From the NCBI GenBank assembly GCA_017499595.2, contig CM038998.1, forward strand, positions 2,480,001 through 2,544,000: 64,000 nt of DNA, in the 5' to 3' direction. Below the pieces are notes generated by a model. That model was not told the DNA's origin and made no database searches. It saw nothing but the letters and a program-made list of their open reading frames with translations. Shown here piece by piece: positions 46,033 through 60,185 of this stretch (positions are counted from its first letter, which is position 1; each line of letters begins with the position of its first letter). The translations under genes and the position numbers were made by a program. This DNA is from Psilocybe cubensis (Eukaryota).

Positions 46033-49000
46033 TTAGGAAGAATTGATCGCTCTGCGATTCGTCCAGAGCATGTAAGGGTCCCTCGAGAGATCATAGCCGA
46101 GAGCAGATTTTCGAGCGCTTCTGCGAGCATCAGGAAGTTTGGCATTACTGTTAAGGTCCTGTAGTGCTATTTTAGTAAAATGACGCAGATCATGAGTCGG
46201 ATGTACCTACCGCCGTTCGTTTGCGCATGCCAGCGGTGATATGAACCCACCACTTGGTCAGTAAAGTTTTCAGGGCAAGCTCACGATGGCCCTTTGGGTT
46301 CAGCCATGAAACAAATGCTTCGATCTGTTGATTCAGAAATTAAGTAACGATGTATTCCATGGAAATAAAGCACAAATACCTCTTCCAGTTCGGTATAGGC
46401 TGCCCAGTCTGAGGACTTCAGCATGCCTTCTTCGCCCTCTTCTTCCCTTCTCCTCTGGTCAATGTCTTCGTTATCTTCCAATGCCTTCTTCTCTAATTGT
46501 TGAAGGTCGAATTCGCTCGGACCTTGTATAAACAACCTTCCAGTACCATAGAGCGCAATGCCTCCACTTCCAACCAAAGAAGCAGATCCCATGCCGTCAA
46601 ACCACCAAATTCGATTGTAGAACCTGTCTCGACCCAGTGGTTTAACGCGGACTGCCCCAAGGAGTTTCCTAAATTCGCGTTCTATGCCTTCCAGTCGGCG
46701 CTCGAGCTTGTTCACCTCTTCGTCTAGGCGACGATGTTCTGCTATAGCTTGCTTCTGGGACGCCTGTTTGGCGCGGGCAGCCTCTCTTTCCTTGGAATGC
46801 GCGATGGTATGTGCTTTCAGGCGTAGATCCTTTTGGCGGGTACTTTTCTTTCCAGCTGCGGAGGTTGACTCTGACCCGCCTTCCGAGTCAGAAAGTTCGC
46901 TTGACTCCGGCATGGCAATATCGTCGCCGTTTCCGTTAGGAGTGAGAGACTCTTCTTCTTTGGTCTCATCCAAAAGAACCCCCATTTCCTCTTGACTGAA
47001 TGAATCACATCAGACGTCGAGGTCGGAGAATGAACAAGGAGATGCTTACTACTGTTTCTTCTGACGATTTACTTCTATCTTCTCCTTCCTGAGAGCTGTC
47101 AATTGTTCTTCGCAGGATTCCATATGCGCATGAATAGCTTTCGAAGATACCGCCAAGTTGCACATAAAAGACAAGATAGCAATACGATCTTCAGCGGGCA
47201 AATTGTAATATGTATCACTTGGATGAGCGATATTTTTAAGGTGTGTAATGTCATTGGGAGTAGGTGCTCCAGATTCAGATGAAGTATCGGCGGGAGCAAA
47301 AAGAAGTTTGGTTAGGATCTCCTGAATCCTTGGGAAATTTGTAGTATTGGCGTGCTAATTGCATATCGTTAGTGTCCGAAGTAGATAGAAACAGCATTGA
47401 CAAACATCTTTCAAGCAGCCTACAAGAGCTTCCTCCCATCCATCCCGAACTTCCGCATACCGAAGGGGCACCCTTTCCCAATTGTTCCCAACATCTGCCA
47501 TGGCAGCAACCAATTCGTCGATTGTAAGACCCAGAACAGGTACCTCCTGTTTACCAGCAGCCTCCAAATCCTCTTTACGTTTAAGAAGAGACAAGAGAGC
47601 ACTGTGTCTGACAAAGGCGACCGTTCGTAAATTATAGATTAAAGTAGAGTGTATCTCTGCAAGAAGAGAACATGGTTGATCGGCCACTGAGTGGCGAAGA
47701 GCATGTTCAAGTTCATCCAATGAAAAGACAGACAAATGAAGAGGTTGCCTGTTTGGACAGAGCAATATTCAGCAATTGCAAGGATAACTTTAAAAATTAT
47801 CATACCCGTAGACCACAAGAAAATTCCATGCCATTAAGAAGGATTCAAATGCGCCGGGGATATCATTAAAGGGTAAAGAAAGTTTGTTGGCTAGAGGTCT
47901 TGTCACTCTCATTCCAGCCTTTTTCTCTTTGTCGCCGATCCGTACATCAAGATCTTCCGTAGGATAACGGACAGGTTTCTTTTTCTTCTTTTCTGCAGCA
48001 ATACGTTCGGCTTCCTCCTTTGCAAGTCTCTGTTTTTCTGCCTTTTCGCGAGCCTCTCGTTCGCGTTTTTCAGCTGCAACAGCAAGTGCACGCGCTAAAC
48101 GTGAGCCTGAGTTTATGTAAATGCTCGGCATAGAAATGGCATACCTTTCTCTTCTTGAGCTGCGGTCATCTTTTTTTGCTTCTTCGTAGGGGGTCCTTCT
48201 TTATCTTCCCAGATTTTCTTTCTTTTGTCAATTTCGCCCTTCTTAATATTTTCGACTCCTTGACGCGTTTCTTCGGGCATGACAGAATCCACTCCATATC
48301 GCTTAGCAATGGGAGGTTTCACAGTCCAAGGGGATGCCACAGCAGCATCGCGATCAACACAATCGCGGATGAATCGACGAAGTATCGACTTGGAAAATGA
48401 GAGGCGATCACGACTGAATAAAAAGTCAGTTTGAAGGCAGCACCACCAAACTTGAAATCTAACCTCATCATACTACATTGTACTTCAATGAGACTGCCGA
48501 CCAATCGTTTGTCCTGATCAGATATTTTAACTGAACCTTTTCCTTTTTCATGGCTTTTATCTCTTTCAAGGTCGGTGAGGTGAACCCAATAGTAATAGAG
48601 AGTAGGATCATCTTTGGCGTATGCATCTTTTGCGGGCACCTTTAGATCTCCTCCAATGACATGGGGTGGCTCGTCATCAATTGTCGAGGAGGAGGGAGCA
48701 TCCATATGCGCGTCGCGTGCTTTGGCATCCGCGTTATACTTCGGAGGGTATACCTTCTCGACGCGAGCATAGTATCTAGAGGGATGTATGGGTAAGTAAG
48801 CAATAGTGGACGCGTAAGGGTGGTAATATTAACTTGACGCCTGAAAGATCTATAAGAACCCCTGGAGATTTGATGAGTGCCTGCATTAGAAAGGACTAGA
48901 AGAAAAGGGACATACTCTCTCCAGGAAAGTACCTATCCTTGAAGCGCTCATATACGGCTTCAACAAGATGGTCAAGACGACCCATAACCTCTGTAAGCGC

Positions 49001-49427
49001 CACGCAACCAGTCAGAGGGAACAAACAAATGAAGGAAAAAAAACGGAGCGGAACGCACGCCATTGAACAGCCTTAAGGACGGCCGGCTTGAGAGGCTCGG
49101 AAAACCTGGAATGCAAAGTGCGGGCTTCCTGTCGCTCACTCTCTACGGCCTGGAAATAGTCCAAGCCGCTCTTGCCTGTGACCTCGCACTGGAACTGCTT
49201 GAGACGGTAGAAAGACATGCGGGCGGCATAGGCTCTGATAGAAAGAGAACAGGAGATGAGGGGGGAAAGAGAAGGGGAGTGTGACTGGAGACGCACTCAT
49301 AGGTCTCGAATATTTCGCCGGTCTGTTCGAGATAAAAGACATGCCTGGTGGGATCTGACTGTGCTGCGAGCAAGAGGGACTGAGAGGGCTCTGTGAGGAC
49401 GACGCGCTTGCGACGACAGGTGGGCAT
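46033..49427 (-). CDS. ISWI-complex subunit ITC1/ACF1-like (WAC, DDT, WHIM/WSD)
   Basis: VFYLEQTGEIFETYE, FQCEVTGKSGLDYFQA (WAC); RYPTEDL, FLMAWNFL (DDT); PLGRDRFYNRIWWF (WSD). Confidence 0.9.
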
Positions 49428-50069
49428 GGGAGAAGGAGAAGTGGGGCGGGACGAGGGAGGGGACGGAGGGTGGATGGGTGTTGTGGGAGGAAAAGGGAAG
49501 GTGGTGATGGCAATACGGCAAAGAAAGGGACAGGTGGCTGGTCGGAGAACGGGGGCTGATCATATTACTGCCTACACCTCTTTCCAAAATCCATCCACCC
49601 GCTATTTACCCACACTTCCCCGCCGACAACCACCTCCCCCGCCATCCCAAGCACCGCCAACCCTCTCCTCGTCGCCCCCAACGACCAACACCAGCTGTTT
49701 CCATCGCCCACCGTCCATCCTCGACCACCACCAGCCACCAGCCACCAGCCAGCTACCACCTCTTCTGCCCGCTCCAGATCCTCCTGGCCACCGCCCCATC
49801 TTCTTGCACCCCAATCCATATACTCCTTCTTGAGCCCCATCTATTTCCAGGCGCCCAAACAATATACACCCGTTTTCTTACTCGCAATTTTGGCGTTCAC
49901 AAGGTTCGCCGCAGAGTAGCCAACTTCCTCTTCATCGGGTCACGTGCTGCTTTCTCCTCGCGCGCACCTTCTCAGGCAAATACTACAATTGGTATATCAT
50001 ACAGAACATTAACAGCATATATGTGTACAAAGTCCCATGCTAGTACAGTTACAGAGAAAAAGAAACATG

Positions 50070-52510
50070 TCAGTCAATGCTGCGCCGTTTGTCCTCCCGT
50101 CGCGGTGCCTCTGGCGTGCCAATGAGCCGCAGTTTATCTCGCAAGTTTGACCGTGGTATAGACGTCGGTGCAGGCTTCTCAATCTCAGACCCTCCCTCCG
50201 TGTTCAATGCCTTTTTCTGCAAAATTTCATCAGTGATGGCCTGCATGGTCAGACACTTGACCGAACCTATTGACTCACCGAATTCTTCTTGTTCAGTGAA
50301 AAGAATCTTCGCACGCCAGAAGCTCCCTCTTTGGCTTTGGGGATTGACGTCGATTGGGTTTTCTTGTGCTTCATATCCATTGCATCCACTATCACAATTG
50401 CCTTTGCAGTCGGCGATGGCTGTTCAATAGGAACGAGCGATTTAACCGGCATTAGTTCCCTCGAAGATTCGGTGGGTTGAGAACTCTGGCTCGCCGCACT
50501 TGGAACATTTGGATTGTCAACATCAACAAGCACCCAGCCTTGCCCACGTCCTGAACCTGGCGATTGTGACTGCTGGGATCTATTCAGCTGAGGAACAGGA
50601 GGTTGTGGCGAAGTCGAGTGAATGATGCCAACCAGAGCTGCTTCGCTTTTTCGTAGAGGCATATCTGGCCTCACGATCTCAGGTGAATCCACGCGAGAGC
50701 CTATTTCATGAACTGGTGTCTTCTTGTCGTCTGATGGCGAGGTTGCTGTCCGAGTCTCATCTTCAGACTTTTCTACAATGGGCGTCGGTTGCCAGCCTCC
50801 AGGAAAAGGTGGTTCACCACTGGATGGAGCGCGACTGGTCTTCATCCTCTGTTCCTTCTTGATCTCCTCCTCAAGTGGGCCAGTCCATCGTATAGGGATC
50901 TCACAGCTCGCTACACTGTTTGTTGAGAATGCAGAGTCATGGAAGGTCCCAACACCAAGGAGAGGAGGCAGCGAGGGAGGCATGTCTGACGTGCCAGGAG
51001 GAACCATGTCGAAATAGCTTTTTGATGGAGAACGCGAGGATTTATACAGCGATGAGGAGGGATCTACGGGAGGTGATGGATTCGTGCTGTCTGGGGCAAT
51101 AAAAGGAGGAGATGGATTGGCAGGAAGTTGCGCCGCTGGTTTAACAACGGAATGAGTTTGCCGAGAAGCTCCAATAGGGGGTGAAGGGATGTTATATATA
51201 TTTGGACCAGCTCCAATCCCCGTCATATCCTCAATACCACTTGATATGGTGCTGGGCATGTGGGTACGAAGAGGGGCAGAGTCCACGGGCAGATCTGGTA
51301 TGTCCAAATCTTGGCCCACTGATACTGGAACTTGCGCTCTAGGTGCAGGTTTCCGCAGGACTTGGCGATGGGAATCATGCCGTGAACGTTGAGGAACGTC
51401 CGTAGCAGTTCGTTGGTGATGAGGTGATGGTGGTGTGTGTGGTGAAGAAAAAGTTGGATCTGTAGCAATCCTCCTATGTTGTATTGCGCTATTATTACTC
51501 GGAAGCTCTTCCGTGAAAGGACTGGAAGGTACTCCAGCAATGTTTGTTGTCCCATCGGAGAGATGTTGCATGCTCTCATGAGGAGAACCACCTTCTTCTG
51601 CAGGGCCAGTAAAAACCCACAAGTCTCTTACTCTCGAACGGTTCGTCAGTGAAATCGAGGTTAAGAGAGTGAAAGAATGGGCGTCGAGTGAAGTTAACAA
51701 CGTGAGGATGTGTACTAGTGAATCAGTTGCAAAAGTGTCCTCCTGGAACCCTATTGTACAGAAAATTATCAGATTGGACACAGTTTTTAATGACATTCTT
51801 TGCGTACATTTATAACCTTTTAGTTTGAATTCGTATGAATTTTCTCCAACTTTTTTCTCTGCTACAACACCCCTGGGCCAGGACTTTCTGACGGCTTGAA
51901 GGATAGCGGGAGTAAGGTGAAGTGGGGGTGCAATGACACGCATTACTGTCACGGAAGAGAAAGATATGGCGAATGGAACGCGGTTAGGCAGGAATTTTTC
52001 ACCTGGAGACGAAGAACATCCTGCAGCGCTGCCATTGTGGTTTAGCAAATGTGCTGAAGGGGGAAGCGGTGTGGTAGTTCTCGACAGTGGCAAAGGAATG
52101 GTATTGCAAGTAGTTGAAAAAGTCATGGCCAAACGGTCATCAGGTTCTCTGCCATAATCAATGGTCGAGAGATACGTATAGCCAGATCGGTAAATCACGG
52201 CCATGATGTCGACGAGAAGCTTCTCTGTCGACACGGACTTTGGATTGGCCCAGGGTTTACCATCAAGAGCAAATTCGTAGAGATTGTGCGATAAATCTTC
52301 TCTGGACGCTAAAATATGAACAGACTGTTCCAGAAGATGGCGTAGAGAAGCGATCACAAGAGGTGAAAAGGAATAGAGACGAATACAATGGGAGCTAGAA
52401 AGCGCAAGAAGAGAAAATGATTTGGACTGAGGGACGTTGATATCCTTTATAAACTCCTTGCGCGGGGTAAAATGAAGGTCTTGCGATGTCCCTGGGGAGG
52501 GAGAGTTCAT
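50070..52510 (-). CDS. Hypothetical protein with tandem ~100-aa domains and a disordered tail
   Basis: Long ORF with two similar N-terminal blocks, an in-frame 57-nt intron (~51752-51808) and a final exon ending RRSID-stop. Confidence 0.8.
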
Positions 52511-52773
52511 AGTAGTGTGTTGGATACTTGGTGATAGAAAATAAGAAACAACTAGACCATGCCGATCGACTTTGCGCTTCAACTTAGCGCTCTCAAGATG
52601 ATGTCATGCCCACGTGAACTCCGTCAGGCAGGTAGGCACGTGGCTGGCTCTTCTCACGGCCCGGTCCCTCCATTAAGCCGTCCAGGCAGTCCGCCTTATT
52701 CTTGCAAGCTTAAAGCGTCGATGCCTCGTCACTATGCTTTCCTTCCCCAGATCAAGCCCTCTTCTTTTGCAAC

Positions 52774-54662
52774 ATGTCAGAGCTCAAGAAACTTAATGTA
52801 CTTATGTGTATGTTCAGGCGCTTCGTTGTTTCATGCAGTCGTTTACCCTGTTTTTCAGGCGGGACGGGAGAGTATACCACTGGATGGACAGGTTCGGGGG
52901 CTTCCACGTCAGACAAGAAGGTATACAAAAAACGTTATAAGCCTGAATCTAGCTCAATATTTTCTAACACTAGATAGGAGTGCGCTTAATGTGTGTCACC
53001 GTATGACCGCCTCTGACCATCCGTCGTTCCAGGTTGTTGCACTCACCTTGTTTGATCTTCGTCGACGCGAAAAGGTCCAAGTGTATTAGATCTACCAGCA
53101 GAATGACGGCTGATGTATTTACAGGTCGATCACCTTGCTATGGTCGGAGTAAATGGGAAAAAGTTTCCAGCCATCAGACAGCACTTGACAAATAATATCG
53201 CGGGCGTTTACGCCGACATGGATGTCAAGTAAGGAATTTGTGGCGCACTTTAGTGAAACATCTCATCTAATCTGTCTGACAGCTTTGAGGAATTTCCTAA
53301 GGATGGCCTGGTCGACGCGGAATCCTGTGAGCTTCCCTTAAATCCGTTACGTTAACCCCCATAGCTTAATAACTTCATGCTGCAGACAAAACAGCCATTG
53401 ACCAGATGAAGTCGGGTGAAGCTGTCATCATTTTCACTCCAGATAGTCAGTTTTGGCGCTCTTACCGCTTATGGAAATTCATTTAAAAGGATGACAGGCA
53501 CACATTTCCCCATTGCTCTATATGCAATTGAACGTGGATTGCACGTCCTGGTCACTAAGCCCGCGACGCAGTTATTATCTCACCATAATACCCTTATCGA
53601 AGCGGCTAGAAAGCACAACGTTCTATGCTTTGTTGAGCATCACAAACGGCGAGCGGTACTGACATAATTACTTCGACTGGGTACTTACCATGCCCCATTG
53701 TCTTTGTCCAGCTTTGATCCCGTCTATAGCGACGCAAAAGCTAAAGCCGCGACTCTAGGAGAATTTAATTTTTTTAACGCGTGGATGAGCCAACCAAAGA
53801 GCCAGTTGGAGACCTTCAGGGCCTGGGCTGGCAAGGATTCCGACATAAGGTGACTTTTTCTGCATTATCTAAGTTCATTGAATGTTTTAAGCCATCTCCG
53901 CTTCATTTAGTTACTATCTGTCATCACATCACATCGATATATGTTGTTGGATTTTACAGGATATCGCCATACCCACTCGAGTGGTCGCAAGTGCTGCGAC
54001 GGGTATAGCCACCAGCGAACCGTACAATTGTGTTCCTCAAACAGAGGACACGATTACCCTTTTGGTCGACTGGCAATCGGTGAAAAGCAAAACGCACAGA
54101 GGAACAGCTGTTTACACCGCAAGTTGGACAGCACCCTTGAAGTCCGGGGTTCATTCCGCCCAGCATTGGTATTATATGGCGGAGAAGGTATCTACTTTTG
54201 TTAAACGGAATGTAAGATCTTATCGACCGAGATTACCCTAGGGTGATATCAATGTTGACCAAGCACACCGAGGCTACGACGTCACCGTCGACGACACAGG
54301 GAAGGCTTGGTATAATCCATTCTAGTGAGTTCAGACCCGGTTCGAGCGCGTATCCGCCTCGTGGTATCAAAAGATGATGCGCTGACCTATGGCGCACATG
54401 TAGCATGAAATATTCCCCTTCGGAGAGCGGTCATTTCGATGGCCAGCGTGGATACGGCTACATTTCGATCGAGAAATTCGTTGATGCTGTACGCAGCGTG
54501 AACGCAGGTCTGACGCAACCCTCGCACTATGACAAACATGGGCTCCCCACTATCAGCAACACCGTTCTTACAACAGCCATCCTTAACGCCGGCCGCATCA
54601 GCTTGGACGAAAAAAGGCCGGTCGTTATCAAAAAGGACGGAGAAACATGGGTTCTAGAGTGA
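52774..54662 (+). CDS. gaaA: D-galacturonate reductase (Gfo/Idh/MocA family)
   Basis: [69 protein letters not shown] and [10 protein letters not shown], matching GaaA-type reductases. Confidence 0.88.
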
Positions 54663-55806
54663 ACAGATGAACGACCTATAGAAGAATTATTGCAATGCCA
54701 GGTCTTCACTAAGGACAAAACATGCATTCAAAGGTGTCTTACAAAGGTGTAAATACATATGAATGTGTACATGGTATCTTTATTGGAAGTTCAACACCTT
54801 AGATTTGAAGTTGGCATTTGAAATTGCGTGATAGCTATATGCGTACTTATGAAATGAAGGTACCCAGGACACCCTTTGCCAAGGTGAAGAAAGCTTGGAT
54901 CTTATTGTACCAATGTCAACACCATGTTACCTACAAACATCTGATTGGTACCTGGGATTTTATAGACAGATGTTATGATTCGAAGTATCGATTACGGGGA
55001 CACAAGAGTACCGGGTAGTAACAATGCGAACAACAGGGAATGAAAGAAAAATAAACAGGGCCAATGACATAGAAACGAGAGGAAAAGGTAAGTGAATATG
55101 CACGGATGAAAGAAGACCAAAAAAATATATGGAAGCTGGTGGGGGTTAACCAGCGCCATTGGCACCCAGAAAGATAAAAAAAGAGAAGTGTATGTGATAA
55201 AGTGAAGAATAAAATATACTTTATAATGAACGCATTTGTTACTGGGAACCTGGAGTGTCTGTCTTTGGAAGTGCGGGAGGTGAATAGTTGCTGAGAATGT
55301 AATGAAGGAGACGATGCATAGAGTGACAAGGAATGAGTGTAGAGTCGCGGAACAGGAATTTGGGAACGACGGAATAAAAGACAGATTCAATGTAAGGCAG
55401 GCATCTTGGGAAGCACCAAAAAGAGTGAAAAAGAGCGAAGGTCCATATTGGTAACAAGACAGATAAACAAAAACTATCTTTTGCATCTTCAGCGGTAACG
55501 GTCCCGAAATCGAGACTAGAGGCCGATGTCGATGATAACCGTACCTCCGCTTAATCCACCTTCAGGCCTTCAAATAGGTTGTGTATGCCAGGATGGTAGA
55601 ATAAATGGTGCGGACAATGAAAACGAGACAAGTGCAAGGGAAAGTGATGAATGTATGCTTGTGGTTTGAGTTGCAGGAACAGATATTGTGAGGAATGTCG
55701 GAGCGACGTGTATTGATGTTACATTTTGCGGGTTTGATTGCGATTTGAACAGAGACAGGAAATGGGGTGGATACTGAAACAAACAATAGTGGCCTGATGA
55801 GGCCCA

Positions 55807-57258
55807 CTATGACACGAGTGCCGTTCGTGGTGATGATATGTTGTTGAGATTGTGAAGGGCAGGACGACCAAAGGTGACGTAGTCGTGGGGGAGGAACTGT
55901 TCTGGGGGGTTGTCAATGCGCAATTTGTTCAGAACAGGCTCAAAGGTCGACGTTGACCCCATATTTTCTTTATCGTCTGAAGAATAGGATGCAGAGAAGG
56001 GGTCGCTGCTGAAGGCCGGAGTAACTGGAGTCAGCGGCATGTCGTCCGACACATCAGAGGCAGTTGTCGTCGAGCTTGCCGGGGTACTGATAGCTGAAAC
56101 TGACGATCGTTTGGGTGTCACAGGTAGAGAGGCAGGAGACGGCGGGGTAAAACGGTTGCCTTCAAGGTAATACTGAACAACAAAGGTCGCTGCCTTTGAA
56201 TAGAACGCATATGAATATTTCTTAACCAGAGTCTCGGATAAATCGTTAACATGGAAAGCCAACTTTTCATCCAGGAAGTATATGACCTTGAGACAATCTT
56301 CTGTTTCTTCCCACACGCGACGCGATTTGCCACACAGATACCGTGCTAGAGTCAATGAAGCCAGTGAGATGGTTGAAGGGGTAAACACAACAAACTCTCG
56401 ATAGAAGAGCGTAATTTCCATCAAGAATCGTGCGACATGCTGAACCTTGGCATCTTCAGTGGAAGGACCGCAGCACATAAGCCTTAACCACGCTTCTGCG
56501 GTAGGATGACCGAGGCTCCACTGAATCGTGGACAGAACATGCCCTTCCATTTGAATAAAGGCAGATTCTTCGTAAGTCTCGCGACAGATTTGAACCAAAT
56601 CTTGAACAGTTGGGACACGCTCCTTCGCGTCTTCGAATTTGGCCGCGATCCAGAGAGCTGCACAGCCTACAAGTTGATAGTGTTTGATGTACACAACCCG
56701 GCGGGAAACATATCGATCGACGATGTTCAACGTCAGATAGAGTGTCTCGGGGCGAAGACGAAATGTGAAGTGTATTTCAACTAGAAAATCGACGAGGCAA
56801 GGTCGCATGTGCCATTTGATTTCAGGTTGGAGATCCATTGACTGGGCCGACGACATGGTGCAACGCTGAGATATATAACATCAGTACGCAGTCAGGCTAC
56901 ATGACATACTATCCCTGACCTCCATATCGTGCATATAGTAACGAATTTCATCTTTGTACTCCTCTTCCAAGAAGATACCCTCCCTCCGAAGAGCTTGAAT
57001 TTGAGCTTCGCGCTGCCGTTGTTGCATTAAAGCGATCTTGGTAGATCTGGGCGTCCGTCGAGCGAGTCCATTGGCTGGGAGGAGGGGTGACCTGTGCGCT
57101 TTTGATATGCCGTGGGGAGATGGGCGTTTCTTAGGGTAAACCTGAGAATTGCGGGTGTGTTTGTTGGAGGCTACGTCTTTCATGTCAAAACGAATCGCGT
57201 CGGACGAGCGCTGAATCGAGTCAATACTATGTAAGGAAGGCAATTTGAGATCAGCCAT
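55807..57258 (-). CDS. G1/S-type cyclin
   Basis: EEYKDEI, MDLQPEIKWHMRPCLVDFLVE and YQLVGCAALWIAAKFED, with a PEST-like TP-rich tail. The start could be 57258 or 57183. Confidence 0.9.
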
Positions 57259-60185
57259 CAATGCCACAAGATATACCCGACAAAATAGAGAGAACGCCTT
57301 TTGAGCGGACTTGAAAGATGTAGATAGTAGCTGAGCCTGTGGGATGAACGTATGCACGATTCAAACACGAGACCGCCAATTGGACAGCCAAACGACCGAT
57401 CGTTACGACCATTTTCAGAGGGTGGCCCCGATTGCTCAAAATAACACAATTCTACAGCACAAACAGAGGAAGAATACTCACGAATCAAGTCAGTTAACGA
57501 CTATGCAATGAAGCAAGGACACGGAAGATGATAGGTGTGTCGTGGCTGGGTGATGTAGTCTGAGGCCACTCGTCTATGGAAATGGCAAGGTCGTGTCAGC
57601 TAATGCAGAGTCGTGAACAATGATAAAAAGAGGGGGGGAGGGGAGGGAGTCGTTGAGGGGGATGTGCTCCACGACGAGGAGGAAGAGGACAAAGAAGAGA
57701 GCAAAGAGAAGCCGAAGGGAAAGAGAATATCGACAAGGCAGGGTGTCTGGGGTCTTCTGTGACAGCAGCTGTGACAATGAAAAAGTGCGAGATATGACAA
57801 CCGGCGCCGCTGCGGCGATGAGCACAGCGCAACGGCTATCACTCCTGCCTTATCGGGGAGATCTTTTACCGCTCTCGGTCCGGCTCCCCACACGTTCCAC
57901 GACGAGCTCCCTCTCCATGACGTATCCAGAAAACAGACAGCAACGACGAAGACTCACAGGCAATGTTGAGGGATTGGGCTAGTAGGACTGGGAGCTGGAT
58001 CATCTCTTAGTATCTCACATGTGCCACAACACAATAGTTGCTCACCAGTATGAACAAGGTAAAATGTCTGTCGATTTCCCTTGCACGAACCACACTATTA
58101 GGTCGGGATTATTTTGTAATGTCGAGGATGCGAGAAATGTTGGAGAACAAGAACAAAAGAATGACTGGGGGTGAGTTTTACGAGAGATGTCTATGGTCTT
58201 AGATGGCCGCCACGTCGAGTTGACGAATATCAAAGACGCTCAGGCTGCTAGACACACTCGAATTGAAGCGAGCGAGTCCAGGTAGCTTTGAACGGTGAGT
58301 CACAAGATGCCAGCCCAACTGAAGAGCTGGACGATGTCAAGGACACCGATGTAGGGAGAACAAGGAGGGGTTTTTGAAAAGAGTTTGTCGAGTGAACAAC
58401 TAACAACTTTTCAAGGACAAGGACAAAGGGCAATGCATGCAAGCTTATCCTCAGTTTGTGCCTTCGGCCATAATTCGATTCTATTCCCATCCCTGTTCTG
58501 ATACCCAGTCCACCACGTTTCCTGCCTGCAGGCAAGGGAATGACAGGATTCGCCTGCTTATGTCACGTCCTTCTGCGACAGTAGGTTGGGAAACTGCCTT
58601 TCAAATGGGTCTATCTTGGCATAGATCTCGAGCAAAGAAGGCACCGTCTACTTTTGTTCATTTGTCTTGCCAGACAATTCAAGCAAATACATGCCTGCGT
58701 TTGCCAGATAGCTGCAAGAAAGGTGCCTGCAGAACATTCCTATTCAAACTACTGCTATCTTCTTTTCTTGCAGGTTTTTCACCATTATGTTTCACCCGTG
58801 TCCTCGAGGCTAATGAATCAATTGATTACCTGAAAGTGGGCGGCGGCGCCGATATGATCACTGATACCCTGACTGCCCATATCTTCCATCAGCCACTTCC
58901 ACCCCCTTCTTCGATGCATGCGTAGATGGTGACGACCCACATTATTTTTACTCCTTTGAAAGATCGGAATACATGAATTATCGTTGTGCCGAATATCAAT
59001 TCAAAGCTGAAATTGAAGCCTGTCGAACATCTGCATAAATGCGGAGAGATTCTTGCTCAGACATGATGAAAGCTATCATAACTAGAATTTCCTTCACATG
59101 CTTGCCGACTAAGAACAAGACCCATCGGCGTCCGAGAAAATACTTTTTCTGTGCATCTAACTGTCCGGCAAGTCAATTGCAACGAGTTCCGTATTCGGTG
59201 GATCTTAACAAATATAGTAATTTCGCGCGCCACGCCGGCTGATATAGCCCTGCTGGCGTTTTCAGACATGCCTGCATCAAGACAATCGATAACTTGCAAT
59301 CGACGTAGCTGAATCGTATTCTTTGAGTTACCGACTTTCTTGGAATATAGCGGCTTGGAACTTCGAGGGGGATAGCGTCTAGCTGTCGTAAAATTTCGTA
59401 TTTGACACTGCCTCTCCAGACTAGAACACTAAAGTCCACTGCAGTGAGCCTCCTCTAAAGACTAATATTGCCTTCTTGAAGGAAGTCATTCGTGTAAATG
59501 TTTCTCATGATCTTACGTTCTGTATATGTCAACAAAAAGTCCGACTACGGGTGCTTTTCTAACCAAAACTCGTGGGTTTATACTCCCTGGTCTCCATTCT
59601 GGGTCGCTAAAGGACACCATCATCCGACATGGCATGGGTATTTGATCAGCTCCACCATACCACCCACGGGCCACGGCAAAGACACAATATTCTTGTTACA
59701 ACTGAATAACCTCGCTCAAGTACTGTCTCCGACTGTCGACACCTTCATTGTCAGTATTTTGCCTTTACAATTAGATTTGCCAATTAATTTAAACGACATG
59801 GTATTGCATTCTAACTTCTTGAACTCTTTCTGAATATCCAATGGCCAAGCAAATAGCGAACGGTGATAGGCGAGGATAAGGAGATTTACTCTCATGGTAA
59901 TCGTTATTCAAGACTTTGCCTGACATCGGTACCATTCAGACCAACTAGGTTTAGTGTTGCTTAGCGTCGGAAACAAAAAAAAATCACTGGAATCACAAGA
60001 AGCCCAGGGTTGTCATTTCATTAGACCAGTGTAAGGATCAAGCCGGCACAATACATAAAATACTTTGAGTACCTTGCAAGGCGGGATTAAGCATGACTGA
60101 GTGAGCAGGTCAATAGTAGTTACGAAGAAAAGATGCTACGAGCAAAGCCGGAAAGTCGCTGAAAAATGTGTGTACCGAACCAGAA

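Noticed and set aside
54324-54403. GGTTCGA T-loop-like motif suggesting a tRNA
   Set aside because: It lies in a short intron and no cloverleaf or A-box could be formed.
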